Virus record (IMG/VR): IMGVR_UViG_3300049830_000172
Length of the DNA stretch: 60,477 nucleotides
Source of the DNA: an uncultured virus (IMG/VR IMGVR_UViG_3300049830_000172)
Lineage: Duplodnaviria > Heunggongvirae > Uroviricota > Caudoviricetes
Direction: 5' to 3' (one strand)
The translations under genes were made by a program, and so were the position numbers. The notes beneath the pieces are model-generated. The model saw only the letters and a program-made list of their open reading frames with translations. It was not told where the DNA came from and did no database searches. Within the stretch, counting starts at the first letter, position 1; each line of letters begins with the position of its first letter. Positions 21,181-33,149 of the stretch are shown one piece after another.

Positions 21181-24100
21181 TCATAGTTCTCTGTAAGGAT
21201 AATCTTTCGGATTACCAACTGTATAACTAGAAACTTCTGAGTTGAGGAATTTCCTATTGTCAATCTTCATTATTGGAGCCTCACTTGCGTCAAGAATTCC
21301 TGACATAGATGAAAAATTCCTGTTTAAAATATCCGCGTCAGTTTTCAATGTGACGCGGAGATACTTGCCGTGATAAGATGACAGGTCAACCATTTTTATT
21401 AAAAATCCCTGAGATTGTTTTCTTCCATTCGGTGATGGTGCCTTTCCAACCTGGATAGCGGTCTGTTATGTATCCGCTTTGACTGCGCTTGAGATTGCAT
21501 ATTGGACACCAATGAGCGCCAAGATAGTATCCTACCTGAAGATAATCGCCCAATTGCGGTATCTGTTTGATTTTCTTGGTGACGATTTTGTGAGTCATGA
21601 TTCTTTACTTATCCTCCTGAATAATTTGAGAATGATTTAACCAAGCCCATCATTCCATTCATCGAACTCAGATTCTTCTTCATCTGTGCCTTCGACAAAA
21701 ATATTATCACTGTACCATCTACCAAACAGCTCAGTCATTTCAGCTTCAAAGTTAGTCCATTTAGCTTTCAGCTCTTCAATTGTTGAAACAGTGACCTCGG
21801 CAGAATCACCTGCGCTACTTCGCTTATCACATGCTACGAATTTTATTACCATGATAATATACGCAATTGCAAATCATGTTTGAGGAATTAAAGACTAATG
21901 CGCCCAACCTTATTGCCCTTGGCATCCAGTAAGCATTTACCGCTTATGTATTGTCCGTCTTGCCATCCACAATCATCACCCACCTTTAAATCAAACTTTT
22001 CTTTCAGCAATGCTGATACATTTTGATGCATCAAACGGCTAAAAAACCGATTATCAATACTTCCTGGTGAGACCTGACGTAATTCTGTATCAACTTCAAT
22101 GATGAGTTTCATTATTCATAATACATTGTGAGTAAACCTAATGAGGAATTTACTATCTCACCCAATGGATATTAACAGCCGTGGCAGCTTGCATCAGGGC
22201 TAAACCGTGAATGTTTTCCTTACTTACTGCGATATCTCGCGCTTCTTGGAATTGCTTCGTTACTTTGTCGCCAGTAAAGTGCGCAGCTTCCCAGAGTGAA
22301 GCTTCGTCTTCAGTAGCAAAGCAAACAAGGAAATTTACTGTCATCGGGTCAACTGGGTCGGAAGTAGTGAGATTGATGGCAGCGTATTTCCCACCACCTA
22401 AGTTAATCATGACTACGGCAGCAGGAAAGGAATTGTCATCCCCAATTTCTTCAGTGTCATCAGTGAAAAACTTTGGCGCAGCGTCGATGACAGATGGTCT
22501 GTCGATTACTTGTTGATTACTCATATGCTCCATCCTTTCGACATATCAAGAGACGCTTGACTATCGTAAAAATAAATAGTACCGCCCTCGGAAATTCGAA
22601 AAACATTATCTACGCGCCATCTTTCGCATTCTTCACAATCGGCATCTCGTCCCATTGTCGCAACAACAAGCATCAATCCTTCTACATCAAAAACTTTGCA
22701 GACGTTTTGAAATGCACCGTTAATGCTCGAATAAGTCGTAGCCCATTGTTTGTACCAATATTCTTCAAACTTTTCAAGAGCTTCTCTTTGGTTTCGATTT
22801 GCCATGACAAAGATTAGTATACCTCGGATTATCTATGTTGAGGAAACGTCTCGATAATCAAACATTTCATAGGCTCCATCTCTTTCTGCGCTGATTAAGA
22901 TTCCATCATCGCCCTCACATGTGTCTATCACTGTCCATGCTTCGCCATTGAATGTAATTACGTCGCTCTCTTTGACCTTGGTTGCTTCTTCTTGAGTCAT
23001 AATACTATCGTAGTATTATTTCTCTTATGTCAGCACACTTTATTTTCTGTCTTTAAGAGATTTCAGATATTTTCTGTCTTGTTGCCACAGAATAATGGTT
23101 GATGCCGTTAGACCAATGATTATCACGAGTTTGATATACATAATCCACATATAGGATTCTCGGGTCATCAAACCACCCGCTACTGGGCTGAGAGGAATAG
23201 TGAAAATATTAAGGATGATGAATGCCATCCAAGCCCCTTGCATTTTAGTGTAGTTAACTGGTTTCATTTGCTTTTTCTCTTTGCGCCTTATAATAGGAAC
23301 AATGTCGGTCGCCTTTTACTTGTCGTGCTTTTAGAATATATGGTACCCGCTCGAAGTCCCAATTGTCTTGATAGACTTCGACATTCATGTGTTTTGCAGC
23401 GGGGTGTAATTCCATTGGAACGACTGCGTTTCGTTTCACCATAGCATCAGCTTGAGCTAGAGTGATATAGATTTCATTTGCTCGATATCCTTCAACGGGT
23501 CGTAAAACACCCAGTCGTGCGCCTCGATTGATATGCAATGTGTACTCGCTACGTTGGAGAAATCCAATGAGATACATTTGCGACATGGAAAGTTTTGCCA
23601 TGAATCTTTACGCGCTTGATTCATGGCATTGAGGAATTTACGACGTAACGAGCTTTCTTAGTCGTAGCCAATCCTTCTGAGTTATCTTGGGGTGTCTCGC
23701 GCATCCTTTACCATCACCAAACCAAGTGTTTGTATGTTCGCCTTCAAGTAATGGAAGGTTTTTGGTTTTGAGATACGTTTCGTCCATCTCCCATGATGGA
23801 TTGAAACTTTGTGGAATACATACATCGACATACTTTCGATGACTTCTACCGCGCCAATCGGAAGAGAATACATTGTCGCCAACTTTGCAATAGAGTCCAG
23901 TCAGAACAACACTACCATCATTATCAACATGAACATAACCACGTTCTACAAGAGTATCAAGAATAGCCTTGCGCCACCCTTCATCACCAGTCCATCGTTT
24001 ATTCCAAAGAATATAGCGAATCAAAAGATTATTGTCTGTATCAGCGAGGTTTCGCTTCGTCCATACTTGCATCTTCTTTCCAAGTGCCATTTCTACTCGG

Positions 24101-25378
24101 CAGATTTGCTCGAATTCTGGCATACTGTTGTTGAACGCATAGCAGTAAATGTGAGAAATCTTACCTTTAAGGTTGCAAGCCCTGTCGAACATTTCTTGAG
24201 AGTCGATGACGATATTTTCAAGTGCGCGTTCGATTCTGTCAATCATACTGATTGAATATTCCATCTCATCACGATAGTTTTCTGGAGTAATGTTTTTGGA
24301 CATTCCAGTAACAAACTTAACTGCAAAATCAAAAGCGGGTAGAGTAGCCATGTTTAACTACTCTACCCGCTGGTTGTGTTGAGGAATTTTGTTACTTGCC
24401 TTGTGCGCCGAAAATCTTTTGCTTACATCCGCTATTGAAACTACCCACCTTAGCGCAGTCGAGATTCAGCATCTTCTCTTCGCCAGTCGTTGGATTCTTA
24501 ATACGAACGTCAGTAGAGACGTATCCATCTTGGTCAGTGTCGAAATCCTTGGCGACGATGCCCTCAATCGTCCAACCAGGATAGAGCTTGGACACGTATT
24601 CATTGGCACCCTCAGTGGCTTTACCGGAACTGGAACACCCAACTGCGAGGAAAGCGATAAGGGAAATCATGACGAGAGTTGCGAGTGAAAGGATTCTGTT
24701 TTTCATTGTGTTTGTTACTTGTTCGTTTGAAAGATTTGAGGAAATTATTCGGCGGTGGTGATGTCGTCGGGATGAATGTCTAATACATCATCGTCCATAT
24801 CTCGCATTTGCACCCACGGACACTTAAATCCAATAGCAGTGCCACGGAATTCAATGTTCAAGCCGTCGTAGTTGCCGTCAACATCAACTCTATCGCCAAT
24901 GCTGACACCCCAAGTAAAATCTTGAAGTGATTCATCTTTGTTTTCTTCAATCCAAAGACTGAGACGTTGTGCTTGTTCGTCAGTAACAAACATCTTGACA
25001 TAAATCATGGACGCGCCATCATCTTCAAGATGTTCTGCTTTTTCGACGTTTTGGACACCTGCGTCATGAAGTTCAATAAGAATATCTTCCGCAGAGTAGT
25101 CTCGATATTTAGTGTTGACAGTTCCGCTAAGTTCAACAACTTCATTACCAAGAATGAGTTCTCGAATTTCTTGTGAACTGGTTTCACAACCAACGATGGA
25201 TAGAGTTAGGTATTGAGTAGCCATGAATCTATACGACTCATAGCTACATCATTGAGGAATTTTACTTTGACTTCCACCGCATTGACTTAGAACGAGCCAT
25301 CTTGTCAGCGTAATACTTATCGCGTCGATTCTTATTGCGCAACAAACGTTTTTGCTCTTCAAGTTCCTTTTTGGTCAT
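21181..25378 (-). other. Block of hypothetical CDSs
   Basis: 21181-21393, 21386-21598, 21637-21852, 21888-22112, 22153-22533, 22521-22805, 23040-23267 (2 TM), 23254-23601, 23638-24351, 24745-25224, 25262-25378 (38 aa, basic). Confidence 0.72.
24392..24706 (-). CDS. Putative lipoprotein
   Basis: Signal peptide with lipobox LAVG-C. Confidence 0.7.
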   Translation of the reverse strand: MKNRILSLATLVMISLIAFLAVGCSSSGKATEGANEYVSKLYPGWTIEGIVAKDFDTDQDGYVSTDVRIKNPTTGEEKMLNLDCAKVGSFNSGCKQKIFGAQGK

Positions 25379-25414
25379 GTCTAAATATCAGCGCCACACA
25401 TTTGGTTGAGGAAT

Positions 25415-25672
25415 TTAAAGATATCCCTTAGCCCTTGCATTATTAATCGCTTGAACTCGATTGTTTGCATCGAGCTTAGTATAAATATTTGCCAAGTGGA
25501 AATCTACTGTGCGTTTGGAAATCTTCATTCGTGCTGCCACAGTTTTAGAATCCAATCCACGAGCTACTAAAGATAGAGCTTGCAATTCGCGTGGTGTTGG
25601 CTTACGTCGAGAAATTGTTTCGTGTGATTCAGTTGTTTCAACTGAAGTCTGTGTTTGAGTAGTGGTGTTCAT
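25415..25672 (-). CDS. LuxR-family HTH regulator (stand-alone)
   Basis: PTPRELQALSLVARGLDSKTVAARMKISKRTVDFHLANIYTKL. Confidence 0.92.
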   Translation of the reverse strand: MNTTTQTQTSVETTESHETISRRKPTPRELQALSLVARGLDSKTVAARMKISKRTVDFHLANIYTKLDANNRVQAINNARAKGYL

Positions 25673-25704
25673 TTGACTCCACTACTCTTATACAGCAAAT
25701 TAGC

Positions 25705-26001
25705 TTATGTGTTATTACTTGCTTTTGCTTTGTTATAGATGGACTCGATTTCCTCCCATTCATAATAACAGTCACGGATATGGATTCCTTTTTCACTCTC
25801 ACAAGCGAATTCCATCATTTCTTTGAACTCTTGTGGGCATCCCCACTCAGAGGTGAGTATGAGATATAGCCATTCGAGATTGTCTTCAGGAAGTTCTTCC
25901 CAATTAAATGCGCAACAACTTGCGTAGTCGTCATAGGCATGAAAGCCCCAGAGGTGAGATTTAGGTTTAGAAACTGCGTCGATGTAAATGCGATTAGCCA
26001 T
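25705..26001 (-). CDS. Hypothetical protein
   Basis: 98-aa ORF after the promoter motif. Confidence 0.75.
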   Translation of the reverse strand: MANRIYIDAVSKPKSHLWGFHAYDDYASCCAFNWEELPEDNLEWLYLILTSEWGCPQEFKEMMEFACESEKGIHIRDCYYEWEEIESIYNKAKASNNT

Positions 26002-26098
26002 GGTCTATATACGACCACGGCTTTGCGCATTGAGGATTTAGTATGGCTACCGCATCCCTCATTTAGATGTCATTCGATTAATCGAACATGTTTAATAA

Positions 26099-26257
26099 CT
26101 AGTGGTACCTTAAGGTTGAGGATTTTTCGTCCCTAGAGTCCAGCCCTGATTGTCCATTATTGCACGCTGGACAATACCCGTCGCGTATCCTATCCGTGAT
26201 GCAACTCGTTGAAAAGTTGCATCTAGGACAGTAGAATGTTTCACTTTGTGTTATCAT
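26099..26257 (-). CDS. 52-aa zinc-ribbon protein
   Basis: MITQSETFYCPRCNFS...GYCPACNNG...; start overlaps the vWA gene end. Confidence 0.65.
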   Translation of the reverse strand: MITQSETFYCPRCNFSTSCITDRIRDGYCPACNNGQSGLDSRDEKSSTLRYH

Positions 26258-27140
26258 CTTTCTTCTCAAGAACTTCCTTGGTTTTATTCAATAAGCCCAT
26301 GTACATCGGATTGACAGGTGTAGATGGCAGCCATTGCGCAGGTTGACTGTTTCCAGCTAACAAGCCATTAAGATTAATGCTATTAGGCTGAATATTTGGT
26401 GAACTTGCTTGAGATGAGTCAAGAGTTTCACGCAGCATAACGGCTTCTTTGTCATTAGCTAAGTCATCTGCATCGAGAGTCATAAGGCTGCTCATAGAGG
26501 CAGCGTAACAATCATCACTCATTAAGCCCTGACTATTTGAGGAATACATCATGGCAGCTTTACGGGTTCGATTTCCTAAGTAAGCAGCAGAGGCTCCAAT
26601 TACTTGTTTACCAAATCCGACTGTATTAGTTTGACTGATACCATAAGAGCTAGCTCCTGACCAAGCGTCCATATCTGCGCCCATGAAGATGAAAGCCCAG
26701 CCTTCAGTTTCTTTATCAGCACGTCGCTGCTTGATTAAGTCTTTGTTTCTGTGAAGTGTGCTCGCATTTTCCTCTCCATCAGTGAAAACAATAATCATCA
26801 CCTGTGGTTTGTTTTTAGCTTTCGATTTACTCAAACGAGTTTCTACATCCTCGATTCCTGCCATAACAGCATCGTTTAGAGCCGTGCTGCCAGATGGACA
26901 GTATGTCTGAGTGCAAAGTGCTCCCACTGATTTCATATCCTTTCCGCTGTATAGTTTATGTACCGAGGTGTCGAACATGATAAGTGTAAGCTTCGCGTCG
27001 ATTGATTCATCTTTCTGAAGGTCTGCGATATAAGTATTGAATCCGCCGATGACATCATCTCGGCTGCCAGCCATCGAGCCAGATTTGTCGATAATGATTA
27101 CGATTTCTTGCTTAACGCGCTGTGTGTTTTTTGTTGGCAT
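26241..27140 (-). CDS. von Willebrand factor A domain protein
   Basis: MIDAS DKSGSM, T of GSTALND, FTDGEENAS; SD-like AGGAG upstream. Confidence 0.9.
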   Translation of the reverse strand: MPTKNTQRVKQEIVIIIDKSGSMAGSRDDVIGGFNTYIADLQKDESIDAKLTLIMFDTSVHKLYSGKDMKSVGALCTQTYCPSGSTALNDAVMAGIEDVETRLSKSKAKNKPQVMIIVFTDGEENASTLHRNKDLIKQRRADKETEGWAFIFMGADMDAWSGASSYGISQTNTVGFGKQVIGASAAYLGNRTRKAAMMYSSNSQGLMSDDCYAASMSSLMTLDADDLANDKEAVMLRETLDSSQASSPNIQPNSINLNGLLAGNSQPAQWLPSTPVNPMYMGLLNKTKEVLEKKDDNTK

Positions 27141-27264
27141 TTTAGTTGTCTCCTATTCGTGTTTTGGTCACGTATAATCTAAGACGTTAAAAATGGCATT
27201 TTTTGGAAAAGAAAATAAAAAAAAGCTCAACGTCAATGTTGAGCGATTTCGTCACGTCGAGTTG

Positions 27265-28463
27265 TTATGCAACAACATCGAACTTTTTGTACAACGCAAA
27301 GTCAGCGATGTTTCGTGGTTCTTTAGTTTCTCGGCATACCAAAGAATAAATTCCATGACCAGCCCAGTTGGTTGGAAGAATGTCTACGACATCATATAAA
27401 TGTCCAGTCTTCTTTCCTCTAAGAACATCTCCGACTTTGACTCTTTCTGTGTTACCATAAGTGGTCATCATCTTATTCTCCTTTATCACCTTTTGGTGAA
27501 TTACATTATATCCAATTTGCTATGCTTTGTCAACCACATGGTAGGTGAGCATAGCTAGAGTGATTCCAGCAAGGCTGCCTGAAATGATAGCAGCAATCTG
27601 AACTATCATATCTGTAGCATTAAGATTTTTCACAATCACCACCATTCCAATTGCACAAATAGTAAAGACAATGAAGCTCACTAAAGCTACAACAAGTTTA
27701 AGGGTGTAAAGAGCAATAGCATCCTTGATTGGCATTTGTTCACTCATTGACAGAGTTTACCTTATTTCTTGATGGTGATAACGTAAGATTCGAAATTACC
27801 ATTCGCGCTTTGTTTGAACCAATCACTTGTGGTGTGATGTTCTTGCTCAACGTGTTCTCGGATTGTGAACTTCTCGTCTTCGAGTTGTTTCAGCAAGTTG
27901 TTCAAATCTTTTAAGCTAATGTCATATGCTGTGTGCATACCGCTTGGGATAATGTACACAACACGATTTACTTCAAATCGAGCGCGGTTTTGTGTGAGAA
28001 TCTCATCGTGAGTAATCATGATTGTCTACTCCTTAAACTTATAGCCTTGAGGAAGATGCACAGTATAGTAAGGCATTCCACCAGGAAGTAATAACCAAGC
28101 AGCTCTAGGAAGAACTTCAGTCACCGAGCTAGCAGCCATCCCGAGCATAAAAAGCATTTCCACATGTTCTTGCTCACCCCATTGATGACATTCTTTAGAC
28201 ATACAACCTTGAAGAAACGATGTTCCACCACTTTGACTGTCGTGCATAAATTCTCCAGGCAACTGAGCAAGCATTGAAGTAATATCTTCTCGATGTTGTT
28301 CAATTCTTGATAGATTGAATGATGCTATCGCTGTAACACCTCGTACAACTTCTTTATTTGTTGCGCTCCAAATTCCATTGCGTATAAACTGGCCTGGTTC
28401 TTCTAAGTGTGCAAAAATACACTTATCGAAGGTCTTTTGCACATTGTCTGCTGTGAGCTTCAT
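27265..28463 (-). other. Hypothetical CDSs
   Basis: 27265-27489, 27520-27747 (2 TM), 27762-28019, 28026-28463. Confidence 0.72.
27505..27533 (-). promoter_or_regulatory. Consensus sigma70 promoter
   Basis: TTGACA-N17-TATAAT, exact consensus. Confidence 0.8.
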
Positions 28464-28469
28464 GGTTGT

Positions 28470-29150
28470 CTACTCCCGAACAATATCTCTATGAGGAATT
28501 TCGTAAATACGATTCCGCACAACATAGTCAAAAATATCAGGTCGCATCAATGACTTAGCGTGTTCAATTTTGAAGTTCTCAAAGTGGGAGCGAATATCAG
28601 TCGAAGACATATCAGGCATAGGCGGTCGGTCAAAGATAGTAACGTTGCTTCGATGCTCTTCTTTGACTGGTGATATGGTAGCTGTCAAACTATATGGCGG
28701 ACGAATAGCAATGCCAATCTTGAACTCTTCAATCAGATGGTCAGCTTGGTGCCATTGATAGAAGTTCTTTAGAATATCGCTTCCACCTAAGAAGATAAAT
28801 TCAGTATGTGGTTCCATTAACTCGAAAGCCTTAAGAGTATTGTAGGCATACGAGGGAACTGGTTCACGACAGTTAACTAGCTTACCTTCAAGTCCATAAA
28901 TCTGTTCGTCTTGGATTTCGATATTGCTTGCAGAAAACTTCTCATGTCCGTCAATCATCATCATCAACATTTTCCAGCGATGATATGTTGAGCCAACGGC
29001 ATCATGAGTCTTGAGTGGATTTTGACGCGCAAGAACGTAGCGAACTTCGTCAAGGTTCAGTGCTTCGAGAAACACTTTCCCTAACTGTTCATGTGCTAAT
29101 GTTGGCGGGTCGAATGAGCCACCAAGAATTCCTACGCGCTTATTTTCCAT
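28470..29150 (-). CDS. nadD: Nicotinate/nicotinamide-nucleotide adenylyltransferase
   Basis: GILGGSFDPPTLAH, NPLK, FLGGSD...WHQ, DMSSTDIR motifs. Confidence 0.9.
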   Translation of the reverse strand: MENKRVGILGGSFDPPTLAHEQLGKVFLEALNLDEVRYVLARQNPLKTHDAVGSTYHRWKMLMMMIDGHEKFSASNIEIQDEQIYGLEGKLVNCREPVPSYAYNTLKAFELMEPHTEFIFLGGSDILKNFYQWHQADHLIEEFKIGIAIRPPYSLTATISPVKEEHRSNVTIFDRPPMPDMSSTDIRSHFENFKIEHAKSLMRPDIFDYVVRNRIYEIPHRDIVRE

Positions 29151-31400
29151 TATCGTTCTCGTTCTAAAACTACAACTCGTCCTAGTTTTGTGAGTTCCAA
29201 TAGTTTATCCTTATTTTCTGGTGTTTGGTTCCAATTCTCTTGATATTCCCACTCTTGTTCAAACTTTGCAACTGTGAGAATGAAAGTATCGCAATGTCGC
29301 CCAGCGTAGTCTTCGTCTTCGTTCATCTTCTCTTTTGTCGAATCGTAAAGAGCGCGAGAAAATTCCCGAGCGTCTTCGCCTTCTGGAACTATTTTAAGGT
29401 ATGTGCCTAATGCCATGATTATATACTAATCATGGCATTGTTGTTGAGGAATTAATCTTCGTCCAATACCCAAACAAAGTGAGAATCAGGATACACGTTC
29501 AGCATTGCTTTCTCGCGCATATTTCTCCTTGATTCATCACAGTATGAGAATAAACTCAACCCACCAAGATTAGGATTCTTTGCAAAATCCTTAAATTCGT
29601 CTGGTGGAATATATCTCATGTGATAACGGACAAATATTCCGCCATTGAGTCTGAGCTTAAAATCAAAGCCATCTTCCTTGTGTGCGTTGCAATGAGCAAT
29701 CAATGCCGATGTATTCATCAAAGTTGGTTTCTTAGTCATGCTATATTACATGGCTAAGAAATTTATTTGAGGAATTACTCTGGATAGAGAGTGCCACCGT
29801 CTCTGCTGTATGAATAAAAATGTTCACCAGTTTCAGTATCAGTCCAATGGTACTTTACATTCCACCCGGAATTCTCAATGCTTTCTTGCTTGAGGTTGCG
29901 ACCGTAAGACGACGCAGCACCATTACAGCTTCCACCAAGGGTGGCGATAACGCTAGCCACAACGACAATCACAATGACGACAGAGATAATCAGCTCGATA
30001 AGAGTAAATCCTTTCTTCATGCTTATTTACTCTCTGTGTCAGTCGATTGAGGAATTTTCTTTTTGAATACCATACGGCAAAGGATGATGATTGCGATGAC
30101 ACCCAGCACAACAACGATAGTGCTTAGTGCGATGCCAGTGAAAGCCACGACATATTTCAACAGCCAGCCAAGTAATAGCCATGCGACGGCTAAGATGCCA
30201 AAATAGATAAGAAATCTCTTCATAGCTCTATTATACCGCCATTAAAGGCTCGTAGTCACAAGCATATAGTCTTAGGGCTTCATCGAATGGCATAAGGTTA
30301 AGAACTTTGAACGTCGGATTATCTTTTTGGAATCGCTCGATTGTAGCCGTAGTGAGAGCAATACCTCGTTTTGTCTTCGTGGTGTATGTTTCTCCATCTG
30401 GCTTTTTCAGAACAATCTTTGATTTAAGCATGGACTTGAGTTCTTTTTCAGATACTTTGAGTCCAGCCAAAAGGTCAACGAATAGTTCTAAGTCCATTGG
30501 CATCTTAATCCCAAATGCTTCTGTCGGGGGGAGACTTGCACACCAAACTCTCGCATCTTCCAGGGCTTGATTTGACGCGCTTGTTACTCCGCGTATAAAC
30601 GTCATTCCACCATGCCCCTCATTGTATGCTTCTCCAGATTTTACTCCGTCGATGTACATGGTTGCTTCGAAACATAATGTCTCTTTTGAAGACATAGCAG
30701 ATGTTTTAAAGTTACGTAGTTCAATTTTCATTGATTTACTACGCAACTTTTCGGGGAGTTTGAGGATTTTCTATCCAAAGTCTTCTATACCAGCTTCGTG
30801 CATTTCTCTTTCAGTCAAGTCGGGAATTGTGCTGAGGATTTGATATAGCTCATGATGTTTTGGCAAGAACTTACTACCGCAAAATGTTTGATACACTCGT
30901 TTGCCATTATAACACCGAACTGCGTGTTGATGGGTTCCGTCGTCTAGCATCTTATCTTGCCAGTTCGCCATACCAACGATAAAAAAGCCACCTGGGAACA
31001 CATGAACTCCATCGTAGTTACGCATTACTTTGTGAGCTATATTAGACTTAGAGTGAAGAATCCAATCTCTATCACAGTCAGAAATTCTGATACCAGATTT
31101 TTTCAGCCATACTAGATAATCTTCAACAGTCTCGAATGATTCAGGGACATCAATGATTTCTGCGCCTTTTAGTTTAGCTAGAGGGATATGCTCACGATGA
31201 TAGTTGCCTTCTTCAAATCCGAATGAGACATAGTGTTCATCGACTGGGTATTTGGTGTCTAGCCATTTTGCATTCGATGGCTGAAACTCAATCAACGCCC
31301 AGTTTCCTTGATGGAAATAACCACTTCCAAAAAAAGCATCAGGATGTACAGCGATTTTATTCGTGTACATCCTTGAATAATCTGAGTTGGAATTTTCCAT
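29150..31400 (-). other. Hypothetical CDSs
   Basis: 29150-29416, 29452-29739, 30023-30223 (2 TM), 30231-30731, 30771-31400. Confidence 0.72.
29775..30020 (-). CDS. Small prepilin-like protein
   Basis: MKKG/FTLIELIISVVIV class III signal followed by a hydrophobic helix. Confidence 0.85.
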   Translation of the reverse strand: MKKGFTLIELIISVVIVIVVVASVIATLGGSCNGAASSYGRNLKQESIENSGWNVKYHWTDTETGEHFYSYSRDGGTLYPE

Positions 31401-31436
31401 GTTTATGTATATTCCAACTCATTCGGTTTGAGGATT

Positions 31437-33110
31437 TTAGGCTATTTGCAGTTCTTGTGCCATTTCAAGTTCCGCGCCTTCGAGTTCCATTGTCGAATCA
31501 TCCTCTGCTTCAAAGTCGCCAGTGATTTTCTTGTAGACAGCGGGGGTCATGTACTTCATGACATTGTAGACAGCCCTGCCGAGGTCAAGGCTTCTATCAT
31601 GGAAGTCACGGTAGAAGTCAGGCGAGTGAATATTCTCTCGACTATCCGTATCATGGCACATTTCATGAAGCAATACGTTTGAAAACTTCATGAACGCTTC
31701 AACGTTTGGTGCGCCGTCTTTGAACATCTTGAGTGATGAAAGGAACTCTCTGGCAAAAGTCACAAACGTTTCGCCGTCAGTCCAAGCTAATGAAACTTGC
31801 GACGTACCGATGGAAATTTTCCGCGTTTTATATTGCTGAACATAGTTTCCTTGTTCATTAAGAATCCATCGTCCAGCAATCTCTCCCATGATTCGTTGAC
31901 CGACTCGAATCCACGCTAGTTCTGATTTCTTCCAATCCTTTTTTGGAAGTTGTTCGCCAGCAGGGTTAATGTCCATCGACAGCTTATCCATTTCGACAAA
32001 TTTTGGCATACCGCGCCAAGCGTACTTTTTGAACAAGTCTTTAGCTTCGCACTCGAATCTAGCAAGACATTCTGAACTGATGATAAACGCCTTACCAGAC
32101 TGCATAAGCGTATCAGCGTATACGTCGCCAGCCTTAGCCACTGAAAAGGCTTCAAAGTTTTTATTGCGAATCAATCGAGGCGACCATGCCTTACCAGTTG
32201 TATCCGTGATAAACTTAATATCATCAGCCATATATGTATTCATGGAACCAGATACCAAACGATTGATAACGTTTGATTGTTCTGCGTCAGTTAATACATG
32301 ACGCTTAGTGACTTCCTGCTTACCTTTAGCATCCACTAATGGACGAATACGTTTCCAGACAGGACACTTATCCAAGACTTGATTTCGCGCAAAGTTGACG
32401 CTGAGTTTAAGACGAGATACAATGGTGCCAGCTACACCGTACTTCCATTGTGGCAGAGTACAAACATACACGCCTAGATTGTAAATATCCAATCCATCTT
32501 GATTTCCGTCAGTAGTAATGTAAGCATCCTCGTTCGTGAGATTAAACTTTTTCAAGTCAATATCAATATTGATTTTCTCGCCGTTTAAGAATACAGGTGT
32601 TGGTGCATACTTCACCATTTTCTTGATACTTCGCTCGATGCCAAAAACCTCTTGTTGAGAAAGATGGTCATACAGTTTGATTTCTATATGACAACCTGGT
32701 GAATCTGGTAAGTATTCTGTCAGGTCGTAGTCAAGCGTCGTATCCACGTCCACAACCATCTGATAGGTTCCTGTGCGCCACGTATTCAAGCCAAATGCGA
32801 ACATTTGTCCACGTCCCATTCGGAACTTACCATAGACTGCATCGCCCTCGGTGTGTGGAGTGCCAAAAGTTTCAAAGAACTCTTCGACTTCCTGAGCATC
32901 TTTGAATCCTTTACCATCGTCAGAAATGATGATTTTTGTTGGAGATAGTGTGATATTGACTTGTGTACTTCCAGCGTCGATTGAGTTCATTACGCCTTCG
33001 AGTACAGCTTTATCCAATGTACCAGCTTGCGACTTAATCACCGAAATGAGAAGTGCTTCGTGTTGTTTGAGTCGCCTTCGTGTTGTTGATGGGATTGTTT
33101 CCGTTGCCAT
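31437..33110 (-). CDS. GHKL (HATPase_c) ATPase with C-terminal HExxH motif
   Basis: EGVMNSIDAG, ISDDGKG, GKFRMGRG; LLHEMCH...HSPDFY; start moved to MATETIP. Confidence 0.8.
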   Translation of the reverse strand: MATETIPSTTRRRLKQHEALLISVIKSQAGTLDKAVLEGVMNSIDAGSTQVNITLSPTKIIISDDGKGFKDAQEVEEFFETFGTPHTEGDAVYGKFRMGRGQMFAFGLNTWRTGTYQMVVDVDTTLDYDLTEYLPDSPGCHIEIKLYDHLSQQEVFGIERSIKKMVKYAPTPVFLNGEKINIDIDLKKFNLTNEDAYITTDGNQDGLDIYNLGVYVCTLPQWKYGVAGTIVSRLKLSVNFARNQVLDKCPVWKRIRPLVDAKGKQEVTKRHVLTDAEQSNVINRLVSGSMNTYMADDIKFITDTTGKAWSPRLIRNKNFEAFSVAKAGDVYADTLMQSGKAFIISSECLARFECEAKDLFKKYAWRGMPKFVEMDKLSMDINPAGEQLPKKDWKKSELAWIRVGQRIMGEIAGRWILNEQGNYVQQYKTRKISIGTSQVSLAWTDGETFVTFAREFLSSLKMFKDGAPNVEAFMKFSNVLLHEMCHDTDSRENIHSPDFYRDFHDRSLDLGRAVYNVMKYMTPAVYKKITGDFEAEDDSTMELEGAELEMAQELQIA

Positions 33111-33149
33111 GACCATATATATCAGCAACGCATTCTGTTTGAGGAATTT

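Noticed and set aside
26128..26235. Hairpin-rich ncRNA
   Set aside because: Explained by a 52-aa CPRC/CPAC zinc-ribbon ORF (26099-26257).
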